A stretch of 64,000 nucleotides of DNA from Candidatus Eiseniibacteriota bacterium (GTDB lineage Bacteria; Eisenbacteria; RBG-16-71-46). The notes under the pieces were generated by a model that ran no database searches, was not told the DNA's origin, and saw only the letters and a list, made by a program, of their open reading frames with translations. The DNA is taken from positions 192,001 through 256,000 of the forward strand of contig CAVZLN010000004.1 in assembly GCA_963776245.1 (NCBI GenBank), read 5' to 3'. The position numbers were made by a program, and so were the translations under genes. Positions within the stretch are counted from its first letter, which is position 1, and each line of letters begins with the position of its first letter. Below, one piece after another: positions 59,033 to 64,000 of the stretch.

Positions 59033-60518
59033 AGTGTGGCGTGTGCTCTGACAGGCGAGGTGGTGCCGCGCTTCCTGGAGAAGACAGGCAGCGGGTGTCC
59101 AATCCGCTGCTCTCGCCCAGCGGCTTCCTCACCCTCCGATCGCGTTCATGCCCGGAGCGCTCGCGAGGTTCGGGACGCCGGCGTGCGCCGCCGGGCGCCA
59201 GCCTCGAGAGCGCAGCCCGCACCCTCGCCTCGATCGGCGCGTCCACCATGGTGTCGCAGCACGCCGCCGCGCGGCGCGCCTCGTCGGCCCGGAATCCGAG
59301 CCCCCGGAGCCACGGGATCACTTCGTCCGCGCTGGCCTGCCGGGCGGCGGCGCGTTCGCGCTCCTGTGCCTGTGCATCCTCGCGTGCGCGCGCCTCGGCG
59401 GCGGCGTGCGCCCGCTTCGCTTCGCGGGTCGCCGCCGCCCGGCGCTGGGACTCGGCGCGCTTGTGAGCCATGAACCCGGCGCCGTAGGTGCGCTCCGCCT
59501 CGAACTGGTTGTGCGCCCGGCAGCGCAGGCGCAGTCCGGCCGGCGTCGCCTGCCCGCCGCGCGCGAACGGGTCGATGTGATCGAACTCCAACCTCGCGGT
59601 GGCCCCGCAGCGCCGGCCTGACTCGCTCACGAAGGTGCACTGGCCGCCGTCGCGCTGCCAGACGGTGCGCCGCACGGCGGCGGGCACGTAGCGGCTGTCC
59701 GCCGCGCGGCGCCGGCGGCTCGGGCACGAGCGGGCGGTGGGGGCGAACTTGCGCTGCTCGAGCTTGGAGATCAGCGCATCGAGGGCGCGGTCCAGCACCT
59801 GCACGAGGTCGCCCGAGGGCACCGCGTGCCCGAGCAGGGCCTGGGCGTAGCGCAGCCTGTCGTGGGTGGCTTGGCCGATGGTGCACTGGAGGGCGAAGCT
59901 CCCGGGTGACAAGGGCCCGATCACCGGGTGTGACGCAGGTGGGCGAACACGCCCCGGGGCGTGTTGCATGACATCGTCCTGAACTGGCGGCGCCGCCAGT
60001 TGAGCGAGGGGATTCCCAACTGGCGGCGCCGCCAGTTCACCCGCGAGCGCGCCGACTGGCGCCGGCGCCAGTTCGTCGCCAGCGAGCGGCTGCACCAGTG
60101 CCGGCAGGTTGGGCCGTGGGAAGCGCTCGGCCAGCAGCCGCTCGAGCTCGCGGTCCGTCCTGCCCGCCGCGGCGGCGAGCAGATCGTCGGCGGTGTCGAC
60201 GGTCAGATAGGGTGCCAGCCGCAGCACCGCGCTGAGGTTCAGTCGGCCGTCGGCCAGCATCGGGAAGATGGCGGGGAACTCCCGGGCCGTGCGGGCCGCG
60301 CGGATGCGCCGGAACGCCGCGTCATCGGACAGCCCCAGCTCGCCCACGCACCAGGCGAACATGGACGGGTAGGCCGCCGGCCGGTAGAGCCGGCGGGCAT
60401 CGACCTCGGCGAGGTGGGCGAGCAGCGCGGCGGTGGTGACGCGGTCCTGCGCGACGAGCGCGGCCAGGTCATGCAGCAGGACCGGGTCGGAGAGATGGGA
60501 CAGCGAGTAGGACGGCAT
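58971..60518 (-). CDS. HNH endonuclease with DUF222-like helical N-terminus and RuvA-C-like tail (true 3' end may be near 59146)
   Basis: LAHLAEVDARRLY..YPSMF, RYVPAAVRRTVWQRDGGQC..C..LEFDHIDPFARGG..LRLRCRAHN, LRGLGFRADEA. Confidence 0.8.
   Translation of the reverse strand: MPSYSLSHLSDPVLLHDLAALVAQDRVTTAALLAHLAEVDARRLYRPAAYPSMFAWCVGELGLSDDAAFRRIRAARTAREFPAIFPMLADGRLNLSAVLRLAPYLTVDTADDLLAAAAGRTDRELERLLAERFPRPNLPALVQPLAGDELAPAPVGALAGELAAPPVGNPLAQLAAPPVQDDVMQHAPGRVRPPASHPVIGPLSPGSFALQCTIGQATHDRLRYAQALLGHAVPSGDLVQVLDRALDALISKLEQRKFAPTARSCPSRRRRAADSRYVPAAVRRTVWQRDGGQCTFVSESGRRCGATARLEFDHIDPFARGGQATPAGLRLRCRAHNQFEAERTYGAGFMAHKRAESQRRAAATREAKRAHAAAEARAREDAQAQERERAAARQASADEVIPWLRGLGFRADEARRAAACCDTMVDAPIEARVRAALSRLAPGGARRRPEPRERSGHERDRRVRKPLGESSGLDTRCLSSPGSAAPPRLSEHTPHFTSALLRSPSVRGVRLPRWC
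59946..60073. repeat. Four palindromes at an exact 36-bp period inside the HNH gene
   Basis: AACACGCCCCGGGGCGTGTT (59946), AACTGGCGGCGCCGCCAGTT (59982, 60018), gACTGGCGCCGGCGCCAGTt (60054); unique 16-bp spacers. Confidence 0.9.
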
Positions 60519-60754
60519 GGCGGGACTCCGCAACGGGGACTCGGTCGCGGGGGCACACGCTCTGTATAGCATGCGTGTCCGAGGCGCTCGTGCGTGCCCG
60601 GAGGGCGCGCCGCGCGGGGCATCGCGCAAAATGACGAGCCGCTCGCAGGCGCGAGGACGTCTGCGCGCATCCTGCGCGCGCAGGCGCGCGATCGCAGCAC
60701 GGGCCGCGGGTCGGGCACGCCAGGGTGCGCGAATCGTGTCAAGCGAAATCGTGG

Positions 60755-60780
60755 GTGCAGACTGGGGACACGGGTGACAG
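60755..60780. mobile_element. Possible isolated IS481-family terminal repeat remnant
   Basis: GTGCAGACTGGGGACACGGGTGACAG resembles IS481-type ends from memory; no transposase nearby. Confidence 0.3.
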
Positions 60781-60900
60781 ATCAGACCAGAAGAACGGGC
60801 GACGGTTCTTCCGCGCGCGCTGCGCACTTCCCCCTGCGCGGGGCACCCGCTTCATTCGCGCTCAAGTGGGGAAAATGGCAGCTCGTGCGCGCGCCTTCGC

Positions 60901-61554
60901 TCACACCCTTCGCGCGATCTTCGCCGCGCGCGCGGGGCTCGCGACCGCGACCGGATCGGATTCCGGAGCCCGCGTCGGCATCATGGGGGCCGACAATCCG
61001 ATGAGCGCACCCACCGGGATGAGCCGCGCCTGCTGCCGGCGCTGGCGCTCGACTCGCGCGTCGGCGCGCGGCGGGGCGTCGGGCCGGTCCCGGCGGTAGG
61101 CCATCAGCCGCTTCCAGTGGGACGGCCGGGCGCACTGCATCCATGCCTCGAACTCGTAGGCATCGTGGAACCACTCCCGGATGCCCGCCAGCGGCAGCCG
61201 CCGCTCGCACGAGCGCGGGTCGTAGTCGCGGCAGAGCACCGGATGCCGTCCATGGATGGCGCACCGTCCATCGTCCTTCAATTGAGTGCAGCGCGTCTCG
61301 ATGTGCAGGAACCAGTGCTCGGGGGTCTCCACGTACATCTCGATCGCGGCGTGGTGGAGCGCCCAGATCCACTGGTCGTATTCCCAGGCGGCGCGCGGGG
61401 CGTCCACCTCGACGATGATGTAGGTGCAGCACTTCACGCACCCCGCGCACCAGTCGGCGTTCTCGCCCGGTGTGAGGTCCTTGGGGTCGCGTTCGTCGTC
61501 GTCGGGTGCGACGACGGTGGGGTGGTGCGGGTCGTGGGGGCCGTGGCCTTTCAT
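60901..61554 (-). CDS. YkgJ-family cysteine cluster protein (CxxCxxCC)
   Basis: CAGCVKCC, C..L..DGRCAIH..HPVLCRDY..C. Confidence 0.8.
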   Translation of the reverse strand: MKGHGPHDPHHPTVVAPDDDERDPKDLTPGENADWCAGCVKCCTYIIVEVDAPRAAWEYDQWIWALHHAAIEMYVETPEHWFLHIETRCTQLKDDGRCAIHGRHPVLCRDYDPRSCERRLPLAGIREWFHDAYEFEAWMQCARPSHWKRLMAYRRDRPDAPPRADARVERQRRQQARLIPVGALIGLSAPMMPTRAPESDPVAVASPARAAKIARRV

Positions 61555-61606
61555 GGAGCCTTCATAGCATGCGCCGCGACGCGGCCACAACCGAAAGGGC
61601 CGGATG

Positions 61607-62404
61607 TCAGCGAGCGGAGGCCGGCGACGACACCACCTCGCGCGCGACCCGCGCCAACTCGGTGTCCGGACTGGCGGCGGCGAAGCGGGCGGCGGCGGCC
61701 TTCAAAGCGGGGTGAGGTGCGCCGGCCGCGGCATCGAGCGCGAGCCAGGCCATGCGCTCGACCGCCTGCGGGAGCAGGGCGCGATCGAGGATCGCGGCCA
61801 GCGTCTCGGCCGCCGCGGGCTGGGTGCCGAACGCGCGCGGCGACTTCCACAGCGCCCGCGCGGCTTCCCCGCGCACCGGTTCGACCGGGTCGAGCATCAG
61901 CGAGAGCAGCGCCGCGCGCAGCGAATCGCGCACCGGGTGCGCGAGGTAGCGGGCCGGGTTGCCGGGCGTGGCGTGCTCGATGTCGGTGACGAGGGTGTTG
62001 AGCCCGAGCGCGAGCGCGGCCTGTTCGCGCACCACGGGGTCGGGATCGTACACGTACCGGAGGATGCGTGCGACGTCGCGCGGGGATCGGTAGGACCACC
62101 TCCGGAACGCGCGGAACTTGTCGCGCTGGGTGCGCGGCGGTGCAGCGGCGGGTTCCGGCGGCACCACCGGGCGCAGCACGAGCGGCGACAGCGCGACCGC
62201 GAGCGCCCAGATCAGCAGTGCGCGGCGCGAGCGCGGGGGCATCGGGTCGCGCAGCGCGGACGCCGCACCGATCACCGCGCCCATCATCGGGAGCCACAGC
62301 CAGCCGCCGGAAAGCAGGAACGCCCGCAGGGCCGCAGCCGCGTCGCGGAGGCCGAGCGCAAGCAGCACGTAACCGGCGGCCGCGGCGGCCATCGCCACCA
62401 GCAT
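61607..62404 (-). CDS. Membrane protein with C-terminal HEAT-like repeats (start may be near 62467)
   Basis: Three TM helices then DPDPVVREQAALALG and VRGEAARAL. Confidence 0.6.
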   Translation of the reverse strand: MLVAMAAAAAGYVLLALGLRDAAAALRAFLLSGGWLWLPMMGAVIGAASALRDPMPPRSRRALLIWALAVALSPLVLRPVVPPEPAAAPPRTQRDKFRAFRRWSYRSPRDVARILRYVYDPDPVVREQAALALGLNTLVTDIEHATPGNPARYLAHPVRDSLRAALLSLMLDPVEPVRGEAARALWKSPRAFGTQPAAAETLAAILDRALLPQAVERMAWLALDAAAGAPHPALKAAAARFAAASPDTELARVAREVVSSPASAR

Positions 62405-62463
62405 GGCGCCGCCGAGGACGCGCCCAGCGAGGTTGGGGCGCGTTTCGCTGGCGGGAGCGGGGG

Positions 62464-62838
62464 TCAGTCGCGGTCCTCGCGGCGCCGCTTGCCGTCCCCC
62501 GCGACCATCTTCCACACCATCCCAACGAACGAGAGGATCAGCGACGCCACCAGCGCGGTGAGCAGGCCGTCCACGTGGAGCCCGGGAACCAGCCAGGCCG
62601 TGATCCCGACCATCAGGGCGTTGAGCACGAACAGGAACAGCCCGAGCGTGAGGATGGTGACGGGGAGCGTGAGCACGAACAGGACCGGCTTGAGCAGGGT
62701 GTTGGCGAGGGCGAGCACCACCGCGCCGATCAGCGCGGCCTGCCAGCCGTCCACGCGGAACCCGGGCAGCACGCCGGACATCGACAGCCCCATCATGGCC
62801 GCCGCCATCACCACGAAGTAGAGCAGATGCTTGAGCAT
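62464..62838 (-). CDS. YvlD/DUF360 membrane protein (4-TMS holin superfamily IV)
   Basis: LANTLLKPVLFVLTLPVTILTLGLFLFVLNA. Confidence 0.85.
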   Translation of the reverse strand: MLKHLLYFVVMAAAMMGLSMSGVLPGFRVDGWQAALIGAVVLALANTLLKPVLFVLTLPVTILTLGLFLFVLNALMVGITAWLVPGLHVDGLLTALVASLILSFVGMVWKMVAGDGKRRREDRD

Positions 62839-62913
62839 CGATCCTCCACCGATCCGGGCCCGCCTCAGCGGGCAAGGGTCCAGGCCCTGCCGGTCAGATG
62901 ACCGGAGGCCTCG

Positions 62914-63999
62914 TCAGCGGGCGCCGTCGAGCACCTGGAGGCAGTTCTCGAAGCGACCGAAGGACGGCATCAGGTACACCCCATTCGCCATGCCTTTGCA
63001 GCGCGCCAGCAGGTCCTGCGCCAGCTCGACGCCGACCTTCTGCCCTTCGTTGCCGGCGTCGTGCATGCGCGCGCGGATCCACTCGGGCACCGAGATCCCG
63101 GGCACCTCGTTGTGCAGGAACTCCGCGTGGCGGTACGACTGGAGCGGCAGCAAGCCGATGAGGATGGGGATGTCGGTGAGCCCGCTGAGGCGCGCGCGGA
63201 AGCGCTCCCAGCACTCGAGCTCGTAGACCGGCTGGGTCATGACGAAGTGCGGGCCGGCGTCGAGCTTGCGCTTGACCCGCTCGAACTCGGCGTCGAGGTC
63301 CGCGGCGGTGGGATTCACGCCGCACCCGATGGCGAATCCCGTGGCCGCGCCGATCGAGGTGCCGGCGAGGTCGGTGCCGCGATTCATGCCGTGCACGATC
63401 CTCATCAGGCCCACGGCGTCGGTGTCGAACACCGCGGTGGCGTTCGGGTAGTCCCCGAGGCTCGGCGGGTCGCCGGTCAGGCACAGGATGTTGCGCAGGC
63501 CGATGGCGTGGGCCCCGAGCAGGTCGCTCTGGAGGCCCATCAGGTTCCGATCGCGCGTGGTGAAGTGCAGGATGATGTCGAGGCGCGGGAACTGGGTGCG
63601 GATCTGGAAGGCGAGCGACATCGCGCTCATGCGGATGCGCGCCATCGGGGAATCGGCGATGTTCACCGCGTCCACGCCGCGCTCGGCCATCAAGCGCGCG
63701 CCCTCGAGCACCTTCGCGGTGTTCACGCCCCGCGGCGGATCGATCTCGACCGACACCAGGAACTTCTCGCGCATCCGGCGCAGCAGCGCCGGTTCCTCGG
63801 TGCGCGCGCCTGCCTCGGCCGGGGCGGGTGCCGCCTGGAGCACGTGGACCTCGGCGCCCGGGGCGAGCTTCTCGGCCACCAGGTGCGAGGCGAGCCGCTC
63901 GCGCATGGCCTGGATGTGCGCGGGCGTGGTGCCGCAGCACCCGCCGACGATGGTGGCGCCGGCCGCGATCGCGCGGGCCGCGAACTCCCCGAAGTACTC
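62914..63999 (-). CDS. Bifunctional homocysteine S-methyltransferase / methylenetetrahydrofolate reductase (YitJ-like), C-terminal part
   Basis: IVGGCCGTTPAHI, VEIDPPRG, NIADSPMARIRMS, RDRNLMGLQSDLLG, TGDPP, TQPVY, EFLHNEVPGI. Confidence 0.9.
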   Translation of the reverse strand, partial: EYFGEFAARAIAAGATIVGGCCGTTPAHIQAMRERLASHLVAEKLAPGAEVHVLQAAPAPAEAGARTEEPALLRRMREKFLVSVEIDPPRGVNTAKVLEGARLMAERGVDAVNIADSPMARIRMSAMSLAFQIRTQFPRLDIILHFTTRDRNLMGLQSDLLGAHAIGLRNILCLTGDPPSLGDYPNATAVFDTDAVGLMRIVHGMNRGTDLAGTSIGAATGFAIGCGVNPTAADLDAEFERVKRKLDAGPHFVMTQPVYELECWERFRARLSGLTDIPILIGLLPLQSYRHAEFLHNEVPGISVPEWIRARMHDAGNEGQKVGVELAQDLLARCKGMANGVYLMPSFGRFENCLQVLDGAR

Positions 64000-64000
64000 G

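Noticed and set aside
59946..60073. Canonical CRISPR array
   Set aside because: Spacers are only 16 bp, repeats differ in sequence, the array is in frame within a CDS, and no cas genes are present
62464..62838. Prophage lysis cassette
   Set aside because: YvlD/DUF360 proteins are common chromosomal membrane proteins; no endolysin or other phage genes nearby

Overview
High-GC (~70%+) diderm bacterial chromosome segment, almost entirely + strand from 4.8 to 59 kb. Gene content suggests an FCB-related lineage such as Ca. Eisenbacteria (a guess, not tested). Many single-base frameshifts in otherwise intact genes (ABC ATPase/permeases, uvrA, kbl, peptide ABC genes, AldDH, rnr) look like long-read assembly errors rather than pseudogenes. 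In order: LPS heptose genes; a DUF4388/TPR pair; asnS; a PstS-like/TPR/2xSTAS/ExbB/2xExbD/TonB operon; a Yip1-TolC-MacAB-type exporter; uvrA; a tdh-kbl-gcvT/H/PA/PB threonine-glycine catabolic cluster running directly into an uncharacterised module (small protein, GlmL-like ASKHA ATPase, barrel-sandwich/KOW protein, FN3-DUF6754-like protein, three more membrane proteins) and a lipoate ligase; a peptide ABC importer; a bacterial microcompartment locus with an aldehyde dehydrogenase but no signature enzyme; housekeeping genes (HU/IHF, rnr, PilZ, aroA-cmk-plsC-rpsA, SPOR, mutS); and an accessory patch with an HNH gene. Most notable observations: (1) a perfect sigma54 promoter followed by a ~225-245 nt highly structured candidate ncRNA upstream of the BMC operon; (2) the orphan GlmL/DUF6754 membrane module embedded between the glycine cleavage system and the lipoate ligase; (3) four perfect palindromes of differing sequence at an exact 36-bp period inside the HNH gene; (4) the Haliangium-like orphan metabolosome. 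All family calls come from motif recognition by eye; no database searches were run.
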